Assembly: GCA_002269645.1 (NCBI GenBank) | Contig: NIVC01000059.1 | Coordinates: 992,001 to 1,056,000 of the forward strand | Direction of reading: 5' to 3' | Source: Macrostomum lignano | Lineage: Eukaryota | DNA length: 64,000 nt | Part shown: positions 11,750 to 23,199 of the stretch, one piece after another | How positions within the stretch are numbered: the stretch's first letter is position 1 | Layout: each line of letters starts with the position of its first letter | The notes under the pieces: generated by a model | Databases searched by the model: none | What the model saw: the letters and a program-made list of their open reading frames with translations, nothing else | What the model was told of the DNA's origin: nothing | Position numbers and translations under genes: made by a program

Positions 11750-12358
11750 GCTTATCAAGCGCAGTAATCCTTGGCTATCGAGTGCAGTAATCCTTGGTTT
11801 ATTAATAGCAATAATCCTTGGCTTATCGAGTGCAGTAATCCTTGGTTTATTAATAGCAATAATCCTTGGCTTATCGAGTGCAGTAATCCTTGGTTCGGGT
11901 TGCATTAATCCTTGGTTTATTAATAGCAATAATCCTTGGCTTATCGAGTGCAGTAATCCTTGGTTTATTAATAGCAATAATCCTTGGCTTATCGAGTGCA
12001 GTAATCCTTGGTTCGGGTTGCATTAATCCTTGGTTTATTAATAGCAATAATCCTTGGCTTATCGAGTGCAGTAATCCTTGGTTTACAATTATCCTTGGCT
12101 TATCGAGTGCAGTAATCCTTGGTTTATTAATAGCAATAATCCTTGGTTTATTGAGTGCAGTAATCCTTGGTTTATTAATAGCAATAGTCCTTGGTTTATT
12201 GAGTGCAGTAATCCTTGGTTTATTAATAGCAATAATCCTTGGCTTATCGAGTGCAGTAATCCTTGGTTTATTAATAGCAATAATCCTTGGCTTATCGAGT
12301 GCAGTAATCCTTGGTTTGCCAAGAGCAATAATCCTTAGCTTATCGAGTGCAGTAATCT
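11750..12358. repeat. 24-bp two-monomer satellite (48-bp higher-order repeat)
   Basis: TAATCCTTGGTTTATTAATAGCAA alternates with TAATCCTTGGCTTATCGAGTGCAG. Confidence 0.95.
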
Positions 12359-12396
12359 AAGTGTTTTTATTTAGTCCTTTAATAAAAGCTTTTAAT

Positions 12397-12480
12397 AAAA
12401 AATTTTACACTACTACTTAGATTCGAACCCAGGTTGCTGCATTAGCAGTCTGGTCTGTTCAGCTCTAGGCTAGCTCTCAT
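12397..12480 (-). ncRNA. tRNA-derived Pol III head (copy 2)
   Basis: A-box-like TAGCCTAGAGC, anticodon-loop-like GACTGCTAAT, B-box GGTTCGAATC, then TTTTTT about 20 nt downstream. Confidence 0.6.
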
Positions 12481-14379
12481 CGAAGTTATCAGTGAATTTG
12501 TACCACTTATATAATTCAACACTCACACCAAGTCAGGTAGAGTAAAAAGTCACACGAAGCAGTTATGACATAATCAATTTCTTAGGCAAGTCAGTACCAG
12601 TGTCTATGAAAGCTAACAATATGGTTACGTAATATAAATTCAGTACTGCGCTATGCTTTCACACTCAAAGCTGTGACGCAATTCAATTGAGTGTCAAATT
12701 CAGCCAGTGCACAGACGATAAATAAAGTGTATTGTGATGCAATCTATTTCAGAATCAGAATTCAACCAGTCAGTTTTTTCTCTAGCATTCTTACAATGCA
12801 TTTCAGGTCGAAAGAGCTGCTTGACCTTGCAAAAAATCATGTTTTTCGAATATTTAATCCCTTTAACATTGAGCAATTTCTTAGCCAATATGCATGTACC
12901 GTCCCGGGAAAATTTCTGATCGAATGGTGCAAGTTTGAAGAAAATCGGTTGAGCCGTTCGGGAGAAAATCAATTACAAGCAAGCAACCAAGCATTTCATT
13001 TTTAGTATATTAGATTTTTAGTATATTGGATGGATGTCCAGCCGTGATATTGAAAAGTTAGGCCTAAGTACTATAGCTAATAAATTTGAGATTTTATTTC
13101 TATTTATTGTTATTAATATGTTTCCTTGTTAAAGAATATATAGTTGCAAATTGTTTAGACATTTTTGCCATATACTATTTGCAGCTTTCCATTATTAATT
13201 CATACCACAATAAGTTTAAAAGCATAGAATTAGTGCTTAATCAGGCTTAGGTCTCTTAAAACTAGTTTTTTGTATTTAAAATAGTTCATAGATTATTTTT
13301 CTGGAATCAAAATAATTTAACAAATAGAACTTGACAATTGCCAGTGTCTAGGCCTAAACATTTTGGCCCCAAAATTACACTTTCAAATATATTCTTAATG
13401 ATATGTTATATAGGTTATTAATAATGGTTGGATATGATTGTAATCATTTTTCATAATTGTGATTTCCTTAAAACCTATTCATGAGGTTGTGAATTTCTAC
13501 TTGCTTTTTATTTAAATTAGCTATTTAATTTTTTTAAATATTTAAATAAAACTAACTATAACTTTTTTTACTTGATTTACTGAAATAAAAATATGAATAT
13601 AAATATGTAAAGCAGTAATACATTTTATATTTGTTGAATTGATAGCATTAGGCCTACTGAGTATTGATTATCTAATATACAATGGTTTTTTTTCTTGTTT
13701 TGTTATTTGGCATGAATTTGGTAGGAATATAAATTAGATTTTGTATAACTATAAATAAAAATAAGTTCATAATAAATAATAAATATAAGCTCACAATTAC
13801 AATTTTGTCTTGCCATGCCTACTATGCCTTACTTAAAATAGGCTTTGTCACTTCATCATTGATATACAAATATGAATTGAATTTATTAGTGTTTATCATA
13901 ATTTTTCAAGTTTATTGATAGTTGTAATGATTGACTTTATATTTATTAGGTTTATTCTCATATTAAGTGATTAAAAGGAGTTTTATGTATGATAGACCAA
14001 ATAAAAATCTTAGTACAGGTCTTTTAATAGAATGGTATATTAGCAATTATTTAATAAAGTTGTATTTATATAGTGGTTGTATAATGAAAAAGCTTTTACT
14101 AATTCTTAGAAAAAGAATAATTGTATAACAAATGTTGATTAATATTATGTTGACATTAATATTGACATTAAATAAAGCTTTGGAATAAATTCATTTTTAT
14201 TTCCAATGAATTTGATACAGAAGACCTGTTAGCCTATGCCAATTACTTTTTTTAAAGATCTCTGCAGGCTCACCTTCATTTTTAATCTTTCAGAAAAAGA
14301 AAACATCACTACTTACCATTGGCTAAGCAAGTAGTGCTTGAAGGATATATCAAATTCTAATATATCCTAGAGTGAGGAG

Positions 14380-17300
14380 ATGGTACAAATTCGCAAGCGA
14401 AGCGCCCATCTGGCTGCCCAGAATAAGCTGACTTCAGCCACTAGCAATTTGTTAGAAAGCGACGATAGCCACGACAGCGAGCTCGATGAAGAAGACTCAG
14501 ATGATGATGAGGATTATAATCCTGAGGCTGCCGCATCTGCTGAGATTGAAATTGATGAAGACAATAGCGATCAGAGTGATAGCGATGGTACTAGCAGCGG
14601 CAGTGAAAATATTGCTTCAAAGCTTGGATTAAACATCGCTGTGGAAGATAGCGACAAAGACCACAGTAACGACGCGTCAGAATTCAATGCCTATTTAGTT
14701 CGAGACAAAGACTCCGCGTTAACAAATCCTCTGCTAGCCTATATAGATAATTCCTATTCTAGCCAGAGATGCTTTCTCAACCAGCCCGACCTGTGGCATT
14801 GTATGCGATTTGCCAGGTCTATTCAATCCTTGCGCAGCCTCACCGCTTCTTCATCATTGTCTGCTGATTTGACAGCTTGGCGTCGACTATTCGACGAAGC
14901 ATTTGGCGATAATCGACCGCCGGCTTTGGCGCTGTCCTCGCAGGAGCTGGCCGACTACCTGCCTAGAGGCTTTGCTGACTATGATAGTAGCATGAATAAT
15001 GGGGAAGACTTCAGCATTCCCTATTCTATAGTGCGGACTGGGGAACAAGAGTCTGAGATTAAACGGCTGCCGCTGTTAGGCGCCGATGCTCAAGCCGGGC
15101 TAGCCTTTGCTGGCGGTCGGATCCGGTGCCTGACTTGGCTGCCGCCAGACCCGAGTCTGGGTCCAGCGCAGCCGCAGCTGTTGCTGGTGTGTCCCGACTG
15201 GCCAGAACTGGAGGCCGACACTGACGAACGGATACGACGGCGGCGGCACCATGGGACTGTTCAAATTTGGAGAGTTGGGCCCGATGGGGATGAGGTAATG
15301 AAATGCCATTGGTTCCCAGATCCTCAGTTGCTGGGCCACCAGCCTCCAAGATCCTCAGTTGCTGGGCCACCAGCCTCCAAGATCCTCAGTTGCTGGGCCA
15401 CCAGCCTCCAAGATCCTCAGTTGCTGGGCCACCAGCCTCCAAGATCCTCAGTTGCTGGGCCACCAGCCTCCCAAATCTTTAATTGCTGGGCCACCAGCCT
15501 CCCAGATTCTCAGTTGCTGGGCCAGCCTCCCAGAGTGTCAGTTGCTGGGCCAGCCTCCCAGAGTGTCAGTTGCTGGGCCAGCCTCCCAGAGTGTCAGTTG
15601 CTGGGCCAGCCTCCCAGAGTGTCAGTTGCTGGGCCAGCCTCCCAGAGTGTCAGTTGCTGGGCCAGCCTCCCAGAGTGTCAGTTGCTGGGCCAGCCTCCCA
15701 GATCCTCAGTTTCTGGGCCAGCCTCCCAGAGTGTCAGTTGCTGGGCCAGCCTCCCAGAGTGTCAGTTGCTGGGCCAGCCTCCCAGAGTGTCAGTTTCTGG
15801 GCCAGCCTCCCAGAGTGTCAGTTTCTGGGCCAGCCTCCCAGAGTGTCAGCTGCTGGGCCAACCTCCCAGATCCTCAGTTGCTATGCCAGCCTCCCAGATC
15901 CTCAGTCGCTGGGCAACCAGCCTCCCAGATCCTCATTCCCAGTCGCAACTTCCCTCTCCTCAGCTGAGCATCTCCGCCTGCCTGTGCCACGAGTTCGGCC
16001 CCATCGTGGCCTGCGCCTGGCTGCCGTCGCCGCCGCCTTCAACAGCCGACATGAGCCGCCAGCAGCATCGGGCCAGACCAATCTACATCGCTTTGGCCTG
16101 CGCATCAGACGGTTTAATCCGAGTAGCCCAACTTCCAACCATTCAACGTTTGATCTCAGCTGGAAAATCGTCTACCACTACTAAGACTCAGCCTGCACCG
16201 ATAGCCGAGCCTCTGGGGCCCTGTCTTAGCCTCGGGCTGGCCAGTCTGGTCACCCCATCGGACAGTTCAACAGGCAGTGATGAAGACTCCAGCAGCCAGT
16301 TGCTAAGATACGGCAGGCCAATTTGCCTCGAGGTTCAAAGCGACTGCCAGCCTGGCCTGGTTTTGGCCGGCTTTTCTAGCGGCCTGTGCGCCGCCTGGCA
16401 TCTGGACTGCGTTCAGTTTCGCGACAGAGGCAGCGCAGACGTTCAAGGACTGCGGTATGATGAGCTATGAGCGTTTGTCTTTGGTTTTATCCAGCCTCCG
16501 TTTGTGATGAGGTGGCTTGAGTGCGAAATTTTGTATTTAAAAAAAGTCTCATAGGGTGAGATTTCCTATTAGATTTATGCAGTCTCATAGGGTGAGATTT
16601 CCTATCAGATTTGTGTAGTCTCATAGGGTTAGATTTACTATTAGATTTTTGTAGTCTCATATAGTGAGATTTCCTATTAGATTTATGCAGTCTCATAGGG
16701 AGAGATTTCCTATCAGATTTTTGTGGTCTCATAGGGTCAGATTTCCTATTAGATTTTTGTAGTCTCATATAGTGAGATTTCCTATTAGATTTATGCAGTC
16801 TCATAGGGTCAGATTTCCTATTAGATTTATGCAGTCTCATAGGATGAGATTTTCTATCTTCAATGTAGTAGACTCACTATAATCTCAGGGGTGAGATTTC
16901 TCACAGTTTCCCCAGTCTCATCCCCACTGCTCATCCCCCATCCTCAGCTACTCGCCCAAGCTGGCCTACCTGAACGCCAGCCGAATCTGGCTCGCCAGTC
17001 CCAGCCGGGCGCCCGTGCTGGCGATGCGACTCGAGCCGGAGTCTGGCGACACCCTCGCTGTGAGCTGCGCAGACAGGCGGGTTCGACTGTTCTCCCTGTC
17101 TCAGCTGACTGGCACCCAGCCTGCCCAGCTGCTCAGGCTGCCGCGGCACAGCATGGCCAGGTCTGTGGCCGGTCTGATTGGTTCTGTCTGTGTGTCTGTC
17201 TCTTTGTGTCTGCCTGTCTTTGTTTCTGTCTCTTTGTGTCTGCCTGTCTTTGTTTCTGTCTCTTTGTGTCTGCCTGTCTTTGTTTTTGTCTCTTTGTGTC

Positions 17301-20300
17301 TGCCTGTCTTTGTTTCTGTCTCTGTGTCTGCCTGTCTTTGTGTCTGCCTGTCTTTGTTTCTGTCTCTTTGTGTCTGCCTGTCTTTGTTTTTGTCTCTTTG
17401 TGTCTGCCTGTCTTTGTTTCTGTCTCTTTGTGTCTGCCTGTCTTTGTTTCTGTCTCTTTGTGTCTGCCTGTCTTTGTTTTTGTCTCTTTGTGTCTGCCTG
17501 TCTTTGTTTCTGTCTCTTTGTGTCTGCCTGTCTTTGTTTCTGTCTCTGTGTCTGCCTGTCTTTGTGTCTGCCTGTCTTTGTGTCTGCCTGTCTTTGTGTC
17601 TGTCTGTCTTTGTGTCTGTTTCTTTGTGTCTGCCTGTCTGTGTCTGCCTGTCTTTGTGTCTGTCTGTGTGTCTGCCTGTCTTTGTGTCTGCCTGTCTTTG
17701 TGTCTGCCTGTCTTTGTGTCTGTCTGTCTTTTTGTCTGCCTGTCTCTGTTTCTACCTATCTTTGTGTCTGCCTGTCTGTCTGTCTGTATGTCTGTCTGTC
17801 TGTCTGTCTGTCAGTCAGTCAGTCCGTCTTATTCCCGCCGCAATCCGCCACCCGCAGAGACCTGTCCTGGTGCAGTCACGGCGTGCTGCTATGCGCCAAC
17901 GAGCTCTGCCGCGCGCCCGGCGAATCCTCCGCAGCCGGAGCCTCCTGCCTCAGCAGCCACCCCTTGGCAACCGGACACTCGGTCAGTCTGGACGAAACCA
18001 CACAGTCCGCCTGGCGACTGGCGCACAGCTGCCTGCGCGACGGCCTGGCCATGGCCCGGCTCGGCGGTCAAATCCGCGTCATCCAGCTGGCGCCAGCTCT
18101 GCTGCATCATTGCAGGCGCGGGCAGCGGCGCAACCCCATGCAGGTGGTGCACCGAGCCACTCCCACCCGGCCCTGGCTAGCGGCGTCGCTTATTCAACAA
18201 GCTTCGCCAGTCGCATCGGCCAAGGCTGCCAGTTGCCGACGCTGTTCAACTAGCGGCGCCCGGTGCTACACCTGCGTGAGAGCTACTCACCGGCTCCTGC
18301 TGAGCCTGCCGCCTCTGTCTACTAACCGACAGGCGAAGCTGCCTCCTCTAGCCGAGCTGGAACAGCCTCAGCTGTACCCGATGCACCTGGCCCAGTGCCT
18401 TGAATGGAGCCGGTCGCCTAGCCAGTCTAACTGGTTAGCTGTCGGTTTCAACTGCGGCCTGATTCGTTTAGCAAGAGTTGAACATCTGGACGATGCGCCA
18501 GCTTATGGACCGCTGGTAGATGCCTACTATGAAATGAAAACGGAGCTATTCGATAAGTGTCTAGCTGAGATAGTTGAACTGGCTCAGGCTAAGTCAAGCC
18601 CGGCCAGGTCTAGTGTGGAGCGGCGCGGCAGGCCCCGTCGGAAGAATAAGCCAAATGAGAAGAAGCAGAAGAAGCCGCCACCACCAAAGATGCCAACAAC
18701 AACAACCGGGACGTCGAAACGTCGCGGTCGACCGCCGAAGCATCGACCACCTTCATCGCCGCCAATAATTAAAGAACGACAACAACAACAACATCCTACC
18801 GAAGCCAGCCAAGCTTCCTCTTCTTTAACCTTGATAGAAAACTCGGTTGGCAAAGCTAGCAAAGCTAAGGGCAGAATTTCTCAGTCTCTTTTGGCTCTGG
18901 CCAATATTCCAGCTCCTAAGATCACTGTACTGTCTGCTTCCAGTTCGACTTCGATATCGGCAGCTCTAGCTAGCAGAGAATTGTCGCCGCCTTCAATTCG
19001 CGCAAATTCTAAATTGACCACTACGGAGACCACTGGTAAAACTTCCTCGTCGAATGTCGCAAAGTCGACAACGTCAACTAACTCGATTGTTAAACAATCG
19101 ACATCGTCCAGCGTCGAAAAGTCGAAATCCAATGTCGAAACATTGACATCATCCAATGTCGAGAAGTCAATAACACCGTCCAGTGTCGAAAATTTGAATT
19201 TGAATCTCGAAACATCAACATCGTCCAATTTCAAGAAGTCGGCACCGTCCTGTGTCGAGAAGTCGACACCGTCAAATGTCGAGAAGTCGACACCATCAAA
19301 TGTCGAGAAGTCGACATCGTCAAATGTCGAGAAGTCGACATCGTCAAATGTCGAGAAGTCGACACCGTCAAATGTCGAGAAGTCGACACCGTCAAATGTC
19401 GAAAAGTCGACACCGTCAAATGTCGAAAAGTCGACACCGTCTAGTGTCGAGAAGTCGACACCGTCAAATGTCGAGAAGTCGACACCGTCTAGTGTCGAGA
19501 AGTCGGCACCGTCAAATGTCGAGAAGTCGACACCGTCAAATGTCGGGAAGTCGACACCGTCAAATGTCGAGAAGTCGACACCGTCCAGTGGCGAGAAGTC
19601 GACATCGTCCAGTGTCGAAAAATCGACACCGTCTGATCTTAAAAAGCCAAAGACAAATGTCGAAACATCTACTTCTGTGGTCGGTAAATCGACACCCTCA
19701 CGTGTCGGCACTTCAACACTGTCTTCAAGTGTTGACAAGACCGTATCATATGTCGTTAGATTGTCGTCTCCCTCTGCATCAAGTTCGACATCTGCAACTT
19801 CCGCAAAGGTTATGTCCTCAGCGTCGCCCACATTTGAAAGACAAGCTGCAACAAAGGTCGCTACGGTGGCTCCGTCAACTGTGTCAGCTTCCGTGTCCTC
19901 AAAAATTAGAGTGTCGATTGTCGATCTCTCGTCTAGTGCTGCCGCAGTGTCGCCCTCAACAATTTCAAAGGCGCCGGCAAAGTCGTCGACTGTCGTCGCT
20001 TTGTCGCCGTCGACAATTTCAAAGACTCCGATAGAGTCGTCGAACGTTGATGCCTCATCAATTTCGTCTTCGTCGCAGCTGCCAACTGATGCAGACAAAT
20101 CGACTGTAGTGAAACAGTCTGAAAGACAGGTAAGCTCATTACCAGCTTGGTTTTATCAAATAGCTTATCCCTAGTGTCTGATAAATGACCATCCCTAGTG
20201 TCTGATCAATGACCATCCCTAGTGTCTGATCAATGACCATCCCTAGTGTCTGATCAATGACCATCCCTAGTGTCTGATCAATAACCATCCCTACTGTCTG

Positions 20301-23141
20301 ATCAATGACCATCCCTAGTGTCTGATCAATGACCATCCCTAGTGTCTGATCAATGACCATCCCTACTGTCTGATCAATGACCATCCCTACTGTCTGATCA
20401 ATGACCATCCCTACTGTCTGATCAATGATCATCCCTAGTGTCTGATCAATGACCATCCCTACTGTCTGATCAATGACCATCCCTACTGTCTGATCAATGA
20501 TCATCCCTAGTGTCTGATCAATGACCATCCTTAGTGTCTGATCAATGACCATCCCTAGTGTCTGATCAATGACCATCCCTAGTGTCTGATCAATGACCAT
20601 CCCTAGTGTCTTATCAATGACCATCCCTACTGTCTGATCAATGATCATCCACTCACGAAAGCATTCACCAATGCACAGTCCGGGTGACCCTTGGCAGCTG
20701 GAGCAGACAAAGACTGTCTTTTTCTGAACACCATTTTGCCAGCAGACTCTGCATCTTTTGGCAGGTCTTTCTTGAGCTGCTGTCGCTGGGAGACGTTGAG
20801 CGTAGTGGCCATTGTTCTGCTGTGCCGGTTCATTCACAGGAGCAGCCCGTTTTCTGCCAGTAGCAGAGTTGACCATCAGCTGACGCACAGTTGTGCGCAG
20901 AAATGAGAGAAATTTAGCGGACCCACCAGCCTTCGAATACAAAATCCAGCAATTGTGTACTCCCTGAAGTAGCAGGTGAAAACCTAGGCGGTGAAACCAA
21001 CGGTAAGTCTTACGACAGGCCAAGTACAGCTGTAGAGAACCATCCAGCCTGTCCACTCCACCCATGTTCTTGGAGTAAACAACAGCTGTATTCGGCTTTG
21101 TTGCCACCTCTTGCTGACCGCCACGTCGAATTCGGGTGATCTCGGCGGTACCAGCAATGCTCCTGGTGTCGATGAAGTTAACTGTCTTAACTCCACTTTG
21201 CTTTCGATCAACAAGCTTCACAGCAAGCAGGCCCTCTTTTCGAGCAAATGCACATGAGTTGGCAGGAAGAGCCAGCTGCCGTAGACAGTCGGAGATCCCG
21301 CGATCTTGTCGAACTGTGCCCGTCAGAAATGTGGATTTAGACAGCAGGAACTCGGCCAGTCGAGCCGAAGAAAACCAGCTGTCCGTGAACAGGTGGTAGC
21401 CCAAGGTTTAAAATCTGGCTGCTCAACTCAACCACAATGCGCTCGCTGATGGAAAGGTGGTCACACTCCAGTCCTTGTCCAAATTTTCCGTTTTCCGCAT
21501 CCGTACTGTGGATTAAAAAGTTCCACATGTACCCTGTCTGGGATTCACATAGACAGTACATTTTGATGCCAAACTTGTTTCGCTTGCTTGGTATGTACTG
21601 ACGAAAAATCAGGCGTCCTTTGTACAGCACTAGCGATTCGTCAATGCAGGTGTTCTGCTCTGCCAAATAAGTATTCTGCATTTCCTGCTGCACAATTCTA
21701 AGAAACGGTCGAATCTTTCTTAGAGGGTCGTTCAAGTCTGCGATTGCAATGCAGTCGTAGAAGCGCAGGAAGTGCATGATTTGTTTATATCGATCTCTTG
21801 AAAGGCTTGAAGGCTGCTGCATGAAAGGGCACTGGTCGAACGGGTCCGTAGACCAGTAAAGGTCCAATTCCGGCTTCTTGCTCAGCCCCATGAAAAAGTT
21901 GGTTGCTATCACCTTCCTGATCTCGTTCAATGTGCAATTCTTCCAAGTCTTCAAGATTGGTGGCAACTCAGCTGGCTCACCTCCTTCAGCTTGAAACCTT
22001 TCTAACTCAAACCAAGCTTTCTTGTTGGTCCACTCGCACAGCTTGTTTATCAGCGCGTCAGTTAAAAATAGGTCGAAAAACCACTGAATATTTTTGTCTG
22101 GATCAGCCGGCGCCACCAAATCCGAATGCAAGCCAGAGGTCGCCATGAATTCCGAATCTGGCTCCTGCAAACCATTCTCTCCGGATACGACGTGTTGCCA
22201 GCCACCTATTTCGTCATCCACGGATGCATTGTCTAGATCGGAAGCCTCATCAGACAAGTCAGTAGTGGAATCGCTGCTATCTTGATCCTCGTCATCAGAC
22301 ATCAACTGATCAAAATCTGGTTCTTCGTTGAGTGATGCCATGTATAAATGCTCGAATTCTGTATGCCAACTGTTACAAAATCCAAAATCTTATGCTAGGT
22401 TTTTTACAGTGACTTTCCTAACCACATTCATGAGATGTCATAAGTCTCCAGGTCTTTAGTAGTGGACAGTCAAACCAACTGTCTATGACAACTTTAAAAT
22501 TATTCAACCTGTCAATGCAGAGAGAACTCCAGTACAATTTTTCAGTCTGGAGCTGTGACACTGAGTACAAACACGCCCATAGACAATATCGTTGTTATCT
22601 GCAGCCATGGCCTGCATAGCAGGCCATCCGTCTTTAAGTGAGGTTCGCAGTTGAGATGACATGTTTTCAATTCGTCAGGAAGAGGTTGTAATGACTTAAA
22701 TGTCCCATCAATGACTTAAATGGCCCTCAAAAATAAATGACTCATAAACACAACACCCCCCCCCCTCGCGATCAGGAGTCGACCCCTGCCGCCAGGAAAC
22801 CCGGTCGAAAGCGCAAACAGCCGCAGAGCGCCGATGCCGAGGCAGACGCCGGCGCCGCCGCGAGCGCCAGAAAGCGACGAGCGTCGAGAAAAATATCGAC
22901 ATCGACTGCATTTAGTCGCGCCGGCGGCAGCGGCGGCGTGTTCAAATACAGCGCCGAACAGATGGCCCAGATGGTCGACAGGATTCGACAATTCGAACAG
23001 AATCCGGAAAGTTTGTTTGTCGAGCTCGAGGGCGACTCTGCTGCTGGCTCGGGCACTGCAGCAGGAGTCGGAGGAGGAGCGACCCCCTCCTCCAGGGCTC
23101 GCGGCCGAGGGCGGGGGCGAGGGCGAGGTCCCGGCAGCTGA
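14380..23141 (+). CDS. GTF3C2: TFIIIC subunit 2 (TFIIIC110/TFC6)-like WD40 protein, about 1418 aa, 5 exons
   Basis: Exons 14380-15294, 15964-16454, 16948-17160, 17858-20129 and 22776-23141; all GT-AG with matching phases (0,2,2,0); 4257 nt in total. Acidic N-terminus, then AGGRIRCLTWLP, GTVQIW, EFGPIVACAWLP, LACASDGLIRV, DETTQSAWRL and EWSRSPSQSNWLAVGFNCGLIRL follow the GTF3C2 WD40 pattern; AT-hooks RRGRPRRK and KRRGRPPK. Family call is by motif recognition, not a search. Confidence 0.68.
15318..15935. repeat. 28/32-bp GC-rich minisatellite in intron 1
   Basis: CCCAGAGTGTCAGTTGCTGGGCCAGCCT units. Confidence 0.95.
16547..16850. repeat. 36-bp minisatellite in intron 2
   Basis: AGTCTCATAGGGTGAGATTTCCTATTAGATTTATGC units. 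Confidence 0.95.
17184..17822. repeat. TGTC-derived compound micro/minisatellite in intron 3
   Basis: TGTGTCTGCCTGTCTTTGTTTCTGTCTCT units grading into (TGTC)n. Confidence 0.95.
19255..19630 (+). repeat. Coding 24-bp repeat (SNVEKSTP octapeptides) in exon 4
   Basis: About 15 in-frame AAGTCGACACCGTCAAATGTCGAG units. Confidence 0.9.
20139..22341 (-). pseudogene. piggyBac (PGBD) transposase with one frameshift
   Basis: YWSTD, SRDRY, DPLRKIRP, CIDES, RQYIPSKRNKFGIK, LFTDSWF, MGGVDRLD and C-terminal CRVC..CSSC..LC..CF; a single +1 frameshift at about 21403 joins ORFs 21337-22341 and 20139-21404. Confidence 0.9.
20168..20648. repeat. 24-bp minisatellite (CCATCCCTAGTGTCTGATCAATGA) in intron 4
   Basis: About 20 units; abuts the end of the piggyBac Cys-rich domain. 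Confidence 0.95.
20649..22685 (-). mobile_element. piggyBac element lacking its 3' end
   Basis: Transposase plus a 344-bp leader ending in CCTCTTCCTG (22685), matching the TTAA-bounded homologue at 8889; no matching 3' TIR found. Confidence 0.6.
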
Positions 23142-23199
23142 AGTGTTGTCTCTCCGCTATTTTATGTCGCCGGATGTTCTCTTTTGATCTGCTTTACTG

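Larger units (their letters stand above)
9112..13014 (-). mobile_element. Candidate non-autonomous Helitron carrying satellite cargo
   Basis: Minus strand starts A|TCTAATATACT (13014) and ends with the hairpin GCCACCCC-GAA-GGGGGC then CTAG|T (9112); the subterminal CAAGTTTGAAGAAAATCGGTTGAGCCGTT plus short microsatellite resembles Lep1-like Helitrons. Confidence 0.55.
8894..13236. mobile_element. TTAA-flanked MITE (about 440 bp own sequence) split by a 3.9-kb insertion
   Basis: TTAA|GCACTAATTC..TATGCTTTTAAACTT..GGAAAGCTGCAAA at 8890-9000 is mirrored by the reverse complement at about 13140-13240 ending GAATTAGTGC|TTAA. Confidence 0.55.

Noticed and set aside
16891-18253. Long Cys/Leu/Val/Ser ORFs (LSVCLS..) resembling membrane proteins
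   Set aside because: They are the TGTC microsatellite of intron 3; only 16948-17160 and 17858 onward are coding.
18881-20098. 405-aa antisense ORF (DGVDFST repeats) and the overlapping MSRSRHRQ ORF
   Set aside because: Shadow frames of the coding 24-bp repeat in exon 4.
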